64,000 nt of DNA from positions 58,652,001 to 58,716,000 of the forward strand of contig CM060733.1 in assembly GCA_030704615.1 (NCBI GenBank). The letters are read 5' to 3'. The position numbers and the translations under genes were made by a program. Source of the DNA: Takakia lepidozioides (Eukaryota; Plantae; Bryophyta). A model generated the notes under the pieces. It saw only the letters and a program-made list of their open reading frames with translations, had not been told where the DNA came from and did no database searches. Below are positions 13,601 to 28,016 of this stretch, piece by piece (the first letter of the stretch is position 1; each line of letters opens with the position of its first letter).

Positions 13601-16600
13601 TGGTCTTGCTAAGATTGACTTGCAGCCCATAGTCTTTGGAGAACTGTTCCAAAATGTGGAGATGGCGTTGCAGGAAGACCGGAGATTGTGCCAAAAGGGG
13701 AACAACCTCAGTGTAGAGGAGAGCTGATTGCGTTGGCCCCCCATCCAATGGTACCCCAACTCCATGGTTTTTTGATATGTAAACCTACAAGGCGTCAATG
13801 TAGATCCCGAAAAGGGTAGGTGAAAGGGGGCAGCCCTGTTTGACTCCAATGTTGCTCTGGACCTCTGCTGAGAATTCATCAGCGACGTTGACCATGCCAG
13901 TGACAATCTCATACATTGAAGAGATGGCACAAAGGATGTCTGGAGGCACTCCCACTCTATGGAGCCGTTGGAAGAGAAGGTTCCGAGGAACTGAATCAAA
14001 GGCCTTGTGAAAGTCCACGAAGCAAACATAAACCATTTTTTTGTCATAGCATGCACGTTCCACCATAACCTGAAGAGTGAAAATGTGGTCAAGAGTGGAT
14101 CTGTTGCGATGGAAACCAGCCTGTCCCTTAGCACGTACGTGAGAGGATTCAGCCCAATCATCCAGTTCCATGGCCACTACTGCCCCAAACAGTTTAGCAA
14201 GTAACGAGGACACCATAATAGTGCGATAGTTGGTCGGTGCGAGCCTGTCACCGCTCTTGAAGAGTGGGTGGATGATGCTCTTTGTCCACTCTGTTGGAAA
14301 GGCCCGTTGCACTACCTCATTGAAGAGGTGAGCTATAAATGGGGCTAAAGTAGGTGCAGCGTGCTTGATGAATTCACGAAAGAATGAAAGACACATTGTG
14401 GCCAGACAAATAGAGACGATGCCTTCCTACAATCCAGTCAGGTACAAGTTGGATGCAACGAATTATGTAACTACTGAACCTGATGTCCATGGAAAAGCCC
14501 ATCACGCAAACAAAGAACACACCTCAAGGCCAGGGCATGTGATTGTGGCCTTGAAATTGATGCAAGTTAATGTCTACCCTCCTTGATGATGCACAACAGT
14601 GAAAACTTTGTAGGTCGAATCCCAGCTTCCCCATCACAGAGCTCTCAAACTTAATCTCAGGTGTCCAGACTCCCCACTCTTGTTGGAATTGTTTTCTCAC
14701 CTGGGTAAATAAGCGATCAGTATCTAGGGTCAATGTGGCCATACCTCCGTAGATTCATGCCAAAAAAGCCTGCCACAACAGCTGCTCTGCGGGGATCAAA
14801 GGGCCCACCCATATAAAGAATCAAAACCGTGTTAGGTTTAACCTGGGAACAAATTTAAGTCTAGAGACCACCCACAACCTAAAAGTTATGCAACACTTCT
14901 AAAACCACCAAACTTCATCGAGTGTTATGCAGAGCTCTCTGCAGTGCAAATTGAAGGTTGCGTTTTCAAACCTGGCTGGCCCGACCCTCACCAGAGCAAC
15001 CTGTGTTAAAGAGTTACACATATTCACTCCCAATGCGCAACATGTTGGCTTGACAATCAAGCCCAATAAAGCCAAGGGAAAAGGAGCTGAATGAAATCTC
15101 AAAACCTGGCCTATAAAGCGACGAAGTGAGGAAGCTCACACGCTGAGTGAGAGACTTGCTGAGCTGATTATCAAATTCATTCGAATAATTCGGTTACGTG
15201 TGGTGTCCAGTCCTAGCTCCCATATCTGCATCATACAACGCAACATAATATAGAACCTTTGTCATGCCTCCATCATGGACCCCGACCCAGACATGGAGTG
15301 AATCTGTATGTTTGGATTAGCGTATAAAGATACCCCAGTAGTCAGCCACTGTGGCCACAATGCAAGCCAACTCATTGTGCCCCATAGGGGTCTACACCCC
15401 GCGGTCTACCTAGCTGCCACTGATTTGTCCATGAACTTGTGTAACCATACAGCTGAAGGCTTCCAGTGGTCATGTTGTCCAGGTACCTGTTCACCAGAAG
15501 CCAATAGTCACATGGGATAAGAGATGCCCTCATTAAGGATGCTGTGGCTGCTCACTTGCTTCTCTTATGTCAATGCACTGGCACTCTAAGGACACCATGC
15601 TCCAGAACCCACACTTAACATATTCAACAAATCCTTCAGGATTTTTAATCACAATGGAAAATAAAGTGAGGCGGCAGTACCTCTGATGCTGCAACCATGT
15701 CTTTTCGCAGTTCCTCCAGAGCACCCCCAGCATCATCAACCTGTCCAAACCCCAGTCAGTACCCTCCCTTCTTGGGTTGGTCACACAATGAACACATCTA
15801 TCTAACAGTTGTAACTATAGACTCCAGCACGAATACCATGAAGGTATCAGATTGAGCAGAAATAGGAAAAGGGACAAGGAGGCAGGCAGAGGGGAGAATT
15901 ACCTCACGTTGATAGGAGAGAAACATGTCAGCAGCTGCCTGCCGCAATGTGGGATATTGTGCATTTCCCTCCCCACTTCTGCAGCATATTTGTTCAGTTG
16001 ATTCTGACTCTTTGTTTCACCGTCAGGAGAATTCAAACACTCTATCTCTCTCCCATGAAAGCAGAGAGGAAAGGGAGAGTGCAATTGCCCGTTGTGTGGG
16101 CAATCTGAAGACAGTATTCATTTTCTGATACACTGTCCGGGGTTCTCTCACCAAAGAGACGCTCTCTTCAAATCTATTAAGGGAATTGTGCCTGTACCCC
16201 TGTTTACCAACTTTGAAAGTCTCGAGGCTGAGCCAAAAGCCCAGGCCCTCCTGAGGCCTAGTTTTTGGGCAAATCACACACAGCAGATTGATGCTTGTGT
16301 GAAGGGATTTCTAGAGGATATCTGGAAAACCCGGATTAATTCTTTATATGGAGGTAAGTCTTACTACCAACGTCAGCCCCTGACAGAGGTAGGTTCTGTC
16401 CCTTTTGTTCCCGCTCAAACTGGGCGCGGGGTCAATGGCCACAAGGCTACGGCAAACAACGTCTTATGAGTACAATCTCTCCCATGAATATCTTTCTCCT
16501 TGTTTTCTTTCTTTTATTTCATCTCTTGTGAGGTATCTTCAACAAGGTGCTGTTAAGCAGAGAACAAGTAACCTAAGTGGTGTGGCACAACATCTCATCT

Positions 16601-19600
16601 AACCACACGCGCTCAAAGATGTGAATCACTTACATATCAAAGCCTGCTCAGATTTTTGTATTCCAATTGTATAATTTAAGATGTTATTGAACTGGTGAGA
16701 AAACATACTCTGTGTGAGTGGATTTGCCAGCCATGGGCCAGGCATACTTGTTGTCAAGACACAGAGCTTGCAGTGCGTCGTCGCTGTTCAAAACCTGAGG
16801 GATTCAAAATGATCATCAAATCCGGCTAGCTGCGCCCAGTCCTGGATGGTCTTTCTGAACCAACTGCTGTGCAAACAAGCCAAAGATCTCTACCCAGATC
16901 CACTGTTCCATGACCATTCATTACTAGTAAGTTCATGAGCGAGGTAAATCCACATTGGCTACAATTCTACAATGGAAGATAGTGGTGGTCGTCTCATACA
17001 AGACGATGCCAAGGCTGCTCCTCCTGCCCCTTTTCAAACAGCTACTGAGAACAACTGTGAAGACTATAGTTGATGTCCAACCATGTACACAAACGTAATT
17101 GATTGAACTTAATACTCAAGAGTGGTAGCAAATGCATGACCTGTATAAGTGAACTCCGGTTAAAAACTGACAGAAGTGGTTGTCGAGGTTATCTGAAAGA
17201 AAAATAGGGCACCTTGTCCATGGCAACATGTGTGTCGCGTACGTCATGTTCCACTTCTGTGAGTGCCCGCTTTAGTGGTAGGAGCCGCTGAAGCCTGATT
17301 CGATTCAATTCCAACATGAGTTGGTCAGAGAACAAAAAAAATGCAACAATAAAACCCAGAATGTTTGTGATCCAGAGCCATGCAGGTAAGCTGCCAAGAG
17401 GGAGAGAAAGAGATCACATCCAAAGAGAGGAGAGATGTACCCGCCCATGTTTACATCATCTGTGAGCTCCTGAAGCACTCTCTCCACAACCACCTTCAGC
17501 CTTGCGAAACACAATGTATTTAGACATCCAACCAGACCACCTTGCTTCCAATTGACGAAACAAGGAGAATAAATACCACCCTGATGATGTCTTCAATGAC
17601 TGTATTGTCAAATCTAATGTGAAGATTAGGCAACAGGATAAAAATTACCACTTTAACCTATCGATGACTGGTTTCTGTACAATGTAGCAGAGTATTGAGT
17701 TTTCAAAATATTTAACTTCTGGCGACAGGCTGTTTGTCACAAGCCAGAGTTTCAACAACAATCAATAATGGGCGTCACCTCTCAGCTTTCTGATTAAAGA
17801 AATTGCTGGTCTCCTCCAGCAAGCACTCCATCATCCTTAGATGGAACGGCATGGCTTCAAGTGGGTGGGCTGGTGGCGCAAGAGCTGCCTGTGCCAAAGA
17901 TTCTGCGAACGTCTCCCTTGCCCTGCTTACCCACACATGTTCACAAAGGTCTTCAAGGCTTAACAAGGTATATTTGTCCATGCCAATGTCACAATGCAAA
18001 CTTCATCCTCAGATCGACCAATGGCTGTCGACCAACTGCAGTGGTTGCAAAATCTGCTGTGTAAGGTTATGACGCAGCAAAGGTGAAGAGAGCCTTATGC
18101 ACACCATTTGCTAAAATTACCATTAAGGCTTGGTTATACTGTTATGATTCTAACATATAAATAGTACAAGTTAACAACACAAATAACATGTGCACTGTTC
18201 ACATGAAAAAAAGGATGATCAGCTGACCCCCAACTTTAAACCTTAAGGAAACACCCAGCTGCACAAGGTAACAATCTTCTTCGAATGTCCAAACAAACTT
18301 TAATCCACCCTGGAGAAAAGATTGCAACAAGATTAAAGGTTCATTCGACCTCCCTCTCCCATCCCTGTGGCCCTTTCATTGCAATAACAAGTTCAGAAGG
18401 CTCAGTGAAAGCAGTCCTGACTTGAGCATGGCTTGTTTTGGCGTTTTAAACACAGTTGTGAATGCAACTCCCAGCACTCCTTTATCTTTAAATGTCCTGC
18501 AAACCAAGCATGTCGTCTTTCATTGGAACTCTGAAATCAAAGAAACTTCACAGGCACAGAAGCATAGCTGGTGAGTGACATGGTTTCTAGGACCTACCAG
18601 CTTTTGGCACACTGAGAGTTGAAGGAGGCCACTGAAAGTGCCCTAAACCAGCACTAGTTTTGGAGTGCAAAAGGCTTGCTATAATGTCCTCTCACATCAG
18701 AGCATCTCAGCAAGCATGCATATCAACATTGGACCCAAATACTACTAAACAAAGTGTTATCATGTGTGCATGTTCAGTGTAAGGTGTAATTTTATCACCT
18801 ACACACTCCTTATCGTTTATGGCATCACAAGATGTCTTGCCCTCAAAACAAACCCCTCCTCCCCAGAACCTCGCCTACATCAATCTAATGTGAAAACTAC
18901 ATGCAATTCTTGCAGGTAAAAGAGGAGGGTAGACAAGAAACCGAGGGGAACGTGCTTCAAAAAGGAGGACATAATCCCTGGCAACTAGTGCTCGCACATT
19001 CTCCATTCGAACCACCACCTGTATGCGGGAATGAATTTTCCCAGCCATTGCCGTTGTTAGACTGGCTCACTTTTCTTGCAATCTCTGCTTAAACCACTGT
19101 CACACCTGAAATGCATTGTGGGAGCACATTTGTTTGAGGAGGAACTTCTAGGAGTGTTTTGTGTAAAACTGGAACAAACAATGCTCCTCTATCAGGGAAG
19201 TAGAAATTATTTGCGTCCATAGCAGACCCATGGACACAGTAGGCTCTGGGAAAGAGATCACTGCACCTTGTCATTGCGGACAGCAATGGTGGCTCTCTGT
19301 GGGACAAAAGAGTTGGCACTTGCCAACACATCAATATCCCGAGGGTGTATTCCCTGCCCACACCCCAAACTCATTATCAGTAGACCTTTCAAAACACAAG
19401 CTATACTGAAAATCCAGAAGTTAACCACCTCACAACAACCAAGTTTTCAAATACAGAGGGAACCGCAACTTTCATGGAGAAATGTACACGTCCACCAATT
19501 TGTCTGGAAATTCTGTGATACTTTCTCTTGCACTTGGGATTGCTTTGTCAGCCAGAGTTTCTAGCACAAAATCAACATATGATGAAGATACATTACACAT

Positions 19601-20536
19601 TCAGGCATCACCTCGAAATTACATGAAAAGGTTAGATAAGCATGTGTGGCATTCATTCATATACCACCACTTCTTCAATCTGGGTGAGGAACAAAAATCT
19701 TATGAGGCTCACTGAGCATTACCTCCAGAGGATGTGTGCATACAAACTTAAATACTGTGCCAGTATACATATGAGCAAGCGGCCCTCACCAATTCAGCTG
19801 AATGGAGACACAGAGAGTGCCATGACCCATCCTTGTTGATTCGAACAACATTATATTTCACCCCTCCCTCTAGCGCTGTTTTGTGTGAGGGCTTTTCCTG
19901 ATGTGTTGAAGAGTGAGATGAACCCTTGTCTTCCTCTCCTTTCTTACCCTGCACAAACTCCTCTGTGCTAAAACCTTTACATACTTGGGGATTGTACAGC
20001 TGAGACTTTTGTGGAGTCCTTAGTGGAAGTGCACCCAGAGATGGTCTCACTGAGTTACTACCATGAGAGATCCACCTCCCATTCGAACAAAGAGAGACAA
20101 AGGGTTGAGACGCAGTGGGCATCTCCTTCGTATATAGCCAACGTGAAAGACAAGTGCCATAATTTCTTATGAACACAGTTGAATAGGATGGTTCATGGAG
20201 CCTGTGACTGACAGAGAAAGGTCCTGGAATTTGAAGGGATGCTACCTCAGGAAGAGCTGCAGACCCATTATTGATACTGCAGCTTTGTCTTAATTTGAAT
20301 GAAGAAGTGGGCATCTCAAGAAGACGGCTCGCAATAGGTGAAGCTGTTTCTGTCCCACCGTATTTGGAAAGTGGTTTGTCAAGAATCTGACCTACTAGAC
20401 ACTCATTCCGAACTAAATTCTCACATGAAATAACTGCAGTTTCCAAACCTAGAAGACCTCTGTGGAATTCAATGCAAAGTCTCGGCAATCTTCCGAACTG
20501 GGCCCTTGCCAGATGTTGTAACGGCACTCCAGCCAT
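10617..20536 (-). CDS. MRS2: MRS2/CorA-family magnesium transporter (organellar, MRS2-11-like) with a C-terminal EF-hand extension; multi-exon, final exon not resolved
   Basis: Exons assembled by eye, in order: long transit-peptide-like exon to YNVVRINKDGSW...AEL (20536 to ~19790); GIHPRDIDVLA (~19354-19268); VVVRMENVRALVARDYVLLF (~19020-18950); PFHLRMMECLLEE (to 17778); LKVVVERVLQEL; LQRLLPLKRALTEVE; VLNSDDALQALCL; DMFLSYQRE; VDDAGGALEELRK; LDTTRNRIIRMNL; GFFGMNLR (~14770-14745, the GMN motif); SGLEDHPSIFWWVVGG (TM2, ~11795-11661); then three further exons. Confidence 0.88.
12168..14375 (-). mobile_element. Second decayed copy of LINE family A, inside the MRS2 intron between the GMN exon and the TM2 exon
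   Basis: Same RT peptide as 990-3295 (EFIKHAAPTLAPFIA...GVKQGCPLSPTLFGIYIDAL). YADD is degraded to YTEV. Contains stops and frameshifts and an internal duplication of TEEHFFFYCPLYYEI. The CATTT tail is at about 12168-12185. Confidence 0.9.
16060..16475 (+). mobile_element. Short 5'-truncated copy of LINE family B in an MRS2 intron, with a 13-bp target-site duplication
   Basis: Nearly identical to ~40014-40428. Flanked by TCTCTCCCATGAA at 16047-16059 and 16476-16488. Confidence 0.9.
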
Positions 20537-21189
20537 ATTCTTCCTGAGTGCCTACAGGCAGGGCAAGTCTTCAAATTGCATGAAACAAAAAGTCGCCAGA
20601 AGTAATCCCAAGAGACTCCACTTGCAACAGGAACATTCGGCACTAGAGCGACTATCCCAGGTCACGATCATGGACAAAATAATGGGCATACTGGAGGTCT
20701 CAGCTTTCATATTGAGTTACCCATGCCGATAATACCGCTATTGGTGACATCTACTAAAAGTATTAACATCCCTATAAACTTGACCGAAGCATTCCTTCTG
20801 AGCCAATGAGTTCAGTTGATATCCCGATCGCTGACCGCTATGGCAAAACAGGCTCTGCTTTATACCATTGTCAATGAGAAGTCAAACTCGGATGAGAACG
20901 GCTCCAATAGGGTTCGCACCTTCCCCGGAAGATGTGGCACATCGTCTCGGGAAGCAGTTGGTCGCTCCCTCTATCCCAACTTATAATGGTATGGACGGGA
21001 AATTGAAATGCCAACTTCGACTCAAATTACAACAGTAAATCCACTGCTGCAAGCATGCCCAGTTCTGGTCCCTTTTGCTGTTTCGTGCTGTCGTCTAACA
21101 TCAACCACCCGAGAAAGTGACAGCACTTGTGGACTCGATCCTAAAGATGCCATTAGCTGAAAGCTGCACTCTATGGTGTGTAAACTTCT

Positions 21190-24100
21190 TCACTCCTCGG
21201 CTTCATGTGCTTGGCTATTGTCACCACGTGCCTTTTGAAGTGATTCTTTAAGTTTCTGAATGTGCTGAAGTCAAGGAATTGCAGCCCCAGCTACTAGACT
21301 TCCTATTTAACACAGAGTACTTGACCTGGAACATGAAGTGTATTTCTTCCTCCTAAAAAGAAGAATCTCTTGAAGGCAAACTATATTTGCTGATCCATAA
21401 CCATCAAGAGTGACAAGCACATGACGTTTCTCTAATATGTTACGACAGCTAATTTTTAGCTCAACAGATCGTTGGAGAAGGCTAGCAACCACAGACCAGC
21501 AGAACATCACTAACAACACCCAGGGTAGAAACATAGAGAATACAGATATCACCCCGTGTGTGAAATGGCGCAAGGCTACATATTGAACATTTTCAGAAGA
21601 TGAAGGGTACAAAAGAGAGGATATTCTGTATTTATCAATAGGATTGAACAGCATCAAGCTCATTTGCACGTTTGTAACCACTGCCCGTACCAGCAGATCC
21701 TTGGCCTCTCGGTGCCTTCGCTTCATCACCTTCAATAGCTGCAGCAGGCCATATCATGAAGTGTCAGATTCAGTGAATTTCTCAATCAATCTGCATTTCA
21801 TTGTACGTATTTCAAATCAAATCTACATCAGCTTACATTGTCAAGTTCATTCGCATAGTTTTCTGCTCTCTTTGCAAAATTGTCGCTCTCGATCATAAGC
21901 ACATCCGTAGAAATATCTTCCACATCTTGGACAACCAGTTGAAGACCAAGCTGCTGCTCCTCTTTGTTCACCGGTGCAGTCTCATTCTGGTCGCCACTTA
22001 CCATTGCAATTGAGGTACAAATAATTTGACCTTCATCTCCGAGGTCTGGGCCAGCCCTGACAGCTAATGGCTGGGGCATTTCAATGGGTTGTTCATCTGA
22101 TGTGGTCTTCAAGAGTGCCTGTGAAGGCTCGGGTCTGAACTCCATACAAGTAAGGTCAAGGGTACCCTTTCAGCAGATGTTCAGGAAACTAACTAGAGGC
22201 CAAGCAAATACTGAAACTTCAATCTTTGCATAAGACTACGGGGGATCACCCATCCGCTAGGGATTCATCGAGGGATCTCAGTATGCCTGTAGCACTGGGT
22301 GCTCTTGTGCGAACTATTGTAGTATCAGAATATATAAATTGACCTGAGTCCCCGTGCAAGTATATTCAGTTGAGTTCCTGTTAAGGGAGCTCAGAACTAA
22401 ACCTGTTCGTAGATATTGAGAGACGGCGGAGACGGAGTGAAGGTTTCTGCAAGGTCCTCACAGGGCTTGCTTTTAGAGTGGGCACAGCTGCTAGTTTTGG
22501 TCGGTTTATGGCTGTCGAATTTGCAGGAGCTGCATTGCCCTCTTTAAAAATCACTGGTGGCCGAAGCTGTTTCTTTGCATCCAACACACGTGCCTGGAAA
22601 ATACAGTGCTCATATAAGTACTAGTGCCGATGTCAACAGATTGTCATAGGAAGGTATAATCAGTAAGATAGACTCTTCTGGGATTTTAATGGTACAAGCA
22701 ATTTTCACCAAGACTGCAGACCTACCAACTGCAACTCCTGCTGAAGTGAGAGCATTAAGCTCACATAGATGTGCACAAACCTGTGTTGGCTTCCGTTTCT
22801 GGGATAAGGTTGCAGATAACCGAGGGGAGCTCCTCAGTACTGTTAAACTTTGGCTCTTTCCTCCAAGACCAGCAGGTGTTGCGACCAATGGATCTGATGC
22901 AGCCAATTCCCCTTCCAGTGTTTTTGGCTTCAAAGATGAATGTGGCTCCTTGTTCCCACTATAAATCCTGCAGTATCCCAATTTCCTGTATTTGCTTCGC
23001 TTGGGGGAACAATTCTAACAGTACAAGTGTTCAGTGAACATTGTCAGGCTAGAACACAACATGCATGATTTCTGGCAGAACTCTGGCAACTTGAAGACCT
23101 TGTAGGCTCTCAGCTGAGGTCCTCAGTGTGGCAAGGGTTTGAAATTTTTTGTTTCGCTTCGGAGCAAAGGTAACTCCTCTATTCGTAACAAAGACCTGAA
23201 ATGACCAATTCTTTCATTTTCCTTGACAAGTTAGGAGAAAAACTCAAAAAGTGCTTTGATTTCATATGTCATTGTTTCTTTATCACTGTTAAGGAGTGGA
23301 TAGCAACTAGTGCTACCTTGCTCTTAGTGAGCTGCAAAGAGGACTTGCGATCTCAGCTGTGGTCGTTGGAGAGCTTATTATGAGCCCAGACTTGGATGAC
23401 CCAGGTTTTCCCAAAGAACTGGACATCACTTTTCCTTGTAGGGACATGGGGGTGGTGGATAGTTTCAAATGCACAACTTTCTCCTCCAAGCCATCAGCTG
23501 CAACTTCAACAACTTGTAGGAATTCGGAGCTGTGCTGATTCTCCTTGAAGCCATCAGCTTTTGCATCTGTAACTGCCTCTAAGGAGCTAGAGCTGTGGTG
23601 CGTTGTGCTGCATGGCAAAACCTCTGGTTCTTTTCTGTTGTCTGATACATGATCTTGACCTTGTCCCCGTGGAGCTTGCTCTTGGTAGACTGTTCCATTT
23701 TGAGCTGGCACATCCGTGATCGGACTCCCTGCATGATAGTCAGGGCAAATGTCTGTCTTCTCCAGTTCTGTCTTATCACGTCTCTCCACCATGTCTTCAT
23801 TTGGATGGGCGTCCATCCCGCTTACATCTCCCGAGCCAACTTGGCTTGTTATTAAATCTTCACCTGACGAATCTGGGGTCAATGCCTTTCCCGCGGGAGC
23901 ACCTGCCTTATCGGGATTTTCTTGGCTCTTCATTTCGGATGTGTCGTCTGCCTTATCGGGATCTTCTTGGCTATTCCTTGAGAATGTGTCATTGAAGTCC
24001 AGTATGTTGAACCTGGAGTCTGTTTCGTGGCTCTTAAATGACATTGTATCGTCGAATTCGAGGGCCTTAAATTTGGTGCCCTTCTCACTTGGAAAGTCAA

Positions 24101-25143
24101 GATCGATATCGAAGGATGCAAGCTTGCTGAGGCCAGCATCAAAATCGAAATCCATGTCCCTGTCGTATACCAGATTCCGTTCCTCAGAAACAGCTTGGAG
24201 AGTATGCAAGTCACGAAACTCACCATTTCATTTCAACAACTCAGACGCTGTGAGCAATGGGGAAAAGAACAATGCAGAAATGACCAGCAATAAGATTGCT
24301 GAGACAACTCACAATTTAGCAAGATTGAAGTTCTTTCGTGAAGTCACTGAGGATGGGACATCGTCAAAGTCAAGGCCCACGGCTAGGGACATATTGGTTG
24401 GTTTCCAGGACAAAAAATCATCTCCAAGATCATCGTCTGTTTGAAACATACAACTTGGCTGTAAGTGCGAACAGTCTAGAGCTGTATATGCCTCCATTGC
24501 ATCCCTCGATCACAGACTATATTGTCCCCGTTCCTTTAGTTTGAGATTGCATACAAACGACGACTAAATTTTAGCTAGTTATCTCAGTAGACGCCGACAA
24601 TCTGCAACATAACAAAGATAGCTAAGACAACTCGCTGTATATGCCTCCATCGAATTCCTCGATCACAGACTCTATTGTCCCCGCTTTCCTTTAAATTGAG
24701 ATTGAATACAAACGACGACTATATTTGAAAGCTAGTTATCTCAGTCGACGCCGACGTTTTGCAACGTAAACAGAGATATGTACGACAACTCGCTGTGTAT
24801 GCATCCATTGTAGGATACCTCGATCGCAGACTCCGTTTTGCTAAAGAGAGATAACAACTCGCTGTATACCTATGCCTCTATCTCGCTGTATATACCTTCA
24901 TTCTATGATCCTTCGATCACAGACTCTCTCGTCCCCGCTTTCCTTGAACTTTGAGAGTGAATACAAACGACAGCTAAATTTTAGCTAGTTATCTCATCAG
25001 AAGCCGTTTTGCAACATAAACGTTGATATACTAAGACAACTCTTAGCATTGTCAAACTCATTACCACAGCTTTTGGTATGGCTCTTGCTTTTCGGTGCGC
25101 CCTTGCGCGGAAGAACTTGAGGAGATTTCTTCTTTTCTGCCAT
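21190..25143 (-). CDS. At4g18490-like uncharacterised plant protein (multi-exon)
   Basis: Begins MAEKKKSPQ (ATG 25143). N-terminal DDLGDDFLSWK...NFNLAKL|DMDFDFDAGLSKLASFDID and C-terminal ESDNFAKRAENYANELDN|LLKVMKRRHREAKDLLVRAVVTN match my recollection of the conserved termini of this family. Stop TGA at 21192-21190. Confidence 0.75.
24480..25042. repeat. Degenerate tandem repeat (~150-bp unit, about 3.5 copies) in intron 1 of the At4g18490-like gene
   Basis: Recurring blocks gctgtatatgcctccat, tcgatcacagact, atacaaacgacga and agctagttatctca. Confidence 0.8.
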
Positions 25144-26464
25144 TGTCCACAATTTTCGTTCCAAAAATCAACTCTCTCAGTGACGATGGAAATCTAAGCG
25201 CAGGAAGAAGAATCCCACCTCTAAGTAAGTTGATAGATGTACCCTGCTTATTAGAGACTTCTAGGCTGAGAAATGCTGGTGGAACCTCAAGCACGGCGGC
25301 ATCCACCAACAAGAAATGTTAATGCGCAGAAAAGTGAAGAAGGAAGGCTTCCGTCCCCTTTCCTATATATATTTATTCAAAAAAAGAAAAAGAGGAAAAA
25401 TCAAACAAACGCTGGATGTGGATGAACAGACAGAAACTCGGTCCGCATCTAAGGCTAGGGCTGCTAATGTGTCCAACTTCCGTTTGCGAGACAGTCTGCC
25501 CTTGGATAGATGTTACCTCCGTTAAACTGCCTTAAATGGTAAGAAGATTTTACTCCCCTACTTGTGCACACTACTACATGTTAAGTGTTAAGTACTATCT
25601 ACAGGCAGTTAAGGGTTAAGCTAATAATTGTCGATCTCTAATCACATGCATCCATTATTATTTTTATTTTATTTTTTTTCCCCTCAGTGAGCCTCCACGG
25701 CCTCCTTGGTGGTTATTTTTTCCACCTTAATGTGAACCTTTTATTTCATCCATAATTAAATTACTTCTATTTTGAAAATCTACCGGGCGGGCGGTCACGT
25801 CATATTTTTAGGAAAAACAATTAAGCAAAACAAAAACAAAAAGAAGATAAACCACCATTTGTGGCCCATGCATAAAACTAATGGATCAAGTTAAAGCCAT
25901 ATATAACGCATAATTATGATGTCACGTATTAAGAAATAATACCGGCTACCAAAAATTCGCGGGAAATAATAGCAACAACCTTGAGCATTTGACGTTCTTA
26001 TTTTCCACATTCTGGCTAGCAGGAGAGACATGTTGTGGAGCAATATGCCAACTTGCTTAATTCTTTCTTCCATAAAACGAGTGTACATCTTTCATGTGAG
26101 GAGAAATTGGTTCCTAGAAAAGATTAAATTGGAGAATGCACCAACTTTTCTTTATGGCCCTAAACAGTAAAGTCTTGGGTCAAGAAAAGAAATGGATGAC
26201 CATCGCATGTCAACATTCTGCAAGTAAAGTGCACACCACAATCAGTTGTGAACTGCAGTTGCTCACCAAAAATCTGACATGGGTTGTGAGAAATTGTATG
26301 GGGTTTGGAAACAAATTCCAAGAGAACATAGCCCTATGATTTGTCGTACACAGTGGTATTTGCAATCCTTCTAGCAAAGAATTTGCTAGCAGTAGTTAGA
26401 AAGAATCTGAAGGGGTTGAGCTGAAAGTCCTAGTAAGCATTTGAATGTTGCACTATTTTCCCAA

Positions 26465-27085
26465 CTACTACACAATATCCATCAGTCAGGACTGCTTCCC
26501 CTCTAATTAGAAGTTGCCGATGTTAAATCATTATTAACCAAACACTAAGACTATAACATAAATTGGTAAATATATTTACAAATTTGAATAGGGTCAGCTG
26601 CTTTGTCACCAGCATCAAGAATGATAGACTTCAGCTCAATGTACACAACAAGTTCTCAAACCCTTCAGCCTCCAGCTTCATAACCATTTGCTCCACACTA
26701 GTTACATATGAACTATAATCGTTTCACTATCTCAGCACAGAGACTACAAACAGCCCTCACAATATGAATTCCTTAGTGAAATCAGATAGTGACCATAACA
26801 CTGTCTGACAGACCAGATCTTTTATGAGGATAAATGGGTTCCTAAACTTGATTAGATTGAATTCCAAAATGGCCAAATATGCCAAAACTTGAAGGTGTTG
26901 AGTTGAACACACACCATCCTAAGATTGCAATCTTCCCCACCATACTACAAAAATCTCAGGACTGCTTTATCCCCACGAGATTAGAAGTAATGTTGAATTG
27001 TAAGCAAACACTGAGACTGTAACATAGATTGGTAAACATATTTACAAATTTAAATAGGGTCAGCTGCTTTGTAATCACCAGCAGA
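26465..27085. repeat. Pair of diverged ~140-bp direct repeats (~26465-26613 and ~26943-27083)
   Basis: Both copies share caggactgctt...aaacactNagactNtaacataNattggtaaaNatatttacaaatttNaatagggtcagctgctttgt. Confidence 0.7.
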
Positions 27086-28016
27086 CCCTGAAAATGGTTT
27101 ATTGCTTTCCATCGGAAGGTGGTTTATTGCTTTCCGTCGGAAGGTTGGACACCTTCTAACGGCTCTAACTAGGGCAATAAGGTGTTCAAACTCTCCCTAG
27201 ACTAGTCTAATAACCATTAGGTTATCGTTTTATCCAATGATCATTTTTCTTTTAAGGAGATGTTGGTTTTGACGGGTGAAATCCAACATACACTTGCTTT
27301 GGCGGGAGTAAAGATTTTCTTTTAAAGAAATGGACGACCTCTTGTCACCGGTTATACGCTTGTGTAGCACATCGAACATATCATTTCCGAACAAGACAAT
27401 AGTTACAAAATCTTGCAATGACCATAAGAGGACTTGATATATCACTGCACCAGCATGGAGGAAACATGCTATTGCTTTGTCGACAGAGCTCTATGCTGTT
27501 ATAATAGGACAAATATAATTCAATCCTTAGCATTTCACTACAAGGTGCATTCAAAATCTTCATAATTTGAGTTTGGCAGAGGGTAAACAAACAATGTGTC
27601 TGCAACTACTCATTGACAAAACTCTCATAAATCATTCCTCAAGTATGACATCCACAATTTCCAGACACCAAGAAAGGTCAAGAATTGGGCCTCTATATGG
27701 CAGCCCAATAGATCAAGTTGACACGCCTCCCAGGGTTAGAAGATTTGAATCCCACAACCTTATTGACATCAGCAACCATCCCAAAGCTTTTAGCATGTCA
27801 AATTGCTGCCTACCGAGGGAGGCCTGGCAGGAATTGGCCTCAAGGATGGAGTCCCCTACAAGCTAGACCCTTACACATGACAGTAAAGCGTCCATTCACC
27901 AGGCTCTTGAAAGGTTGGATGATTACTCACCAGGCTGTTGAGAAGTTGGTTGACTTCAAATCACCAATTGACAATGCCACCCATCAATGACTGCATCCTT
28001 GATGGGAGAGAGAGAC

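Noticed and set aside
23749-24444. 231-aa plus-strand ORF
   Set aside because: Antisense to exons of the At4g18490-like gene.
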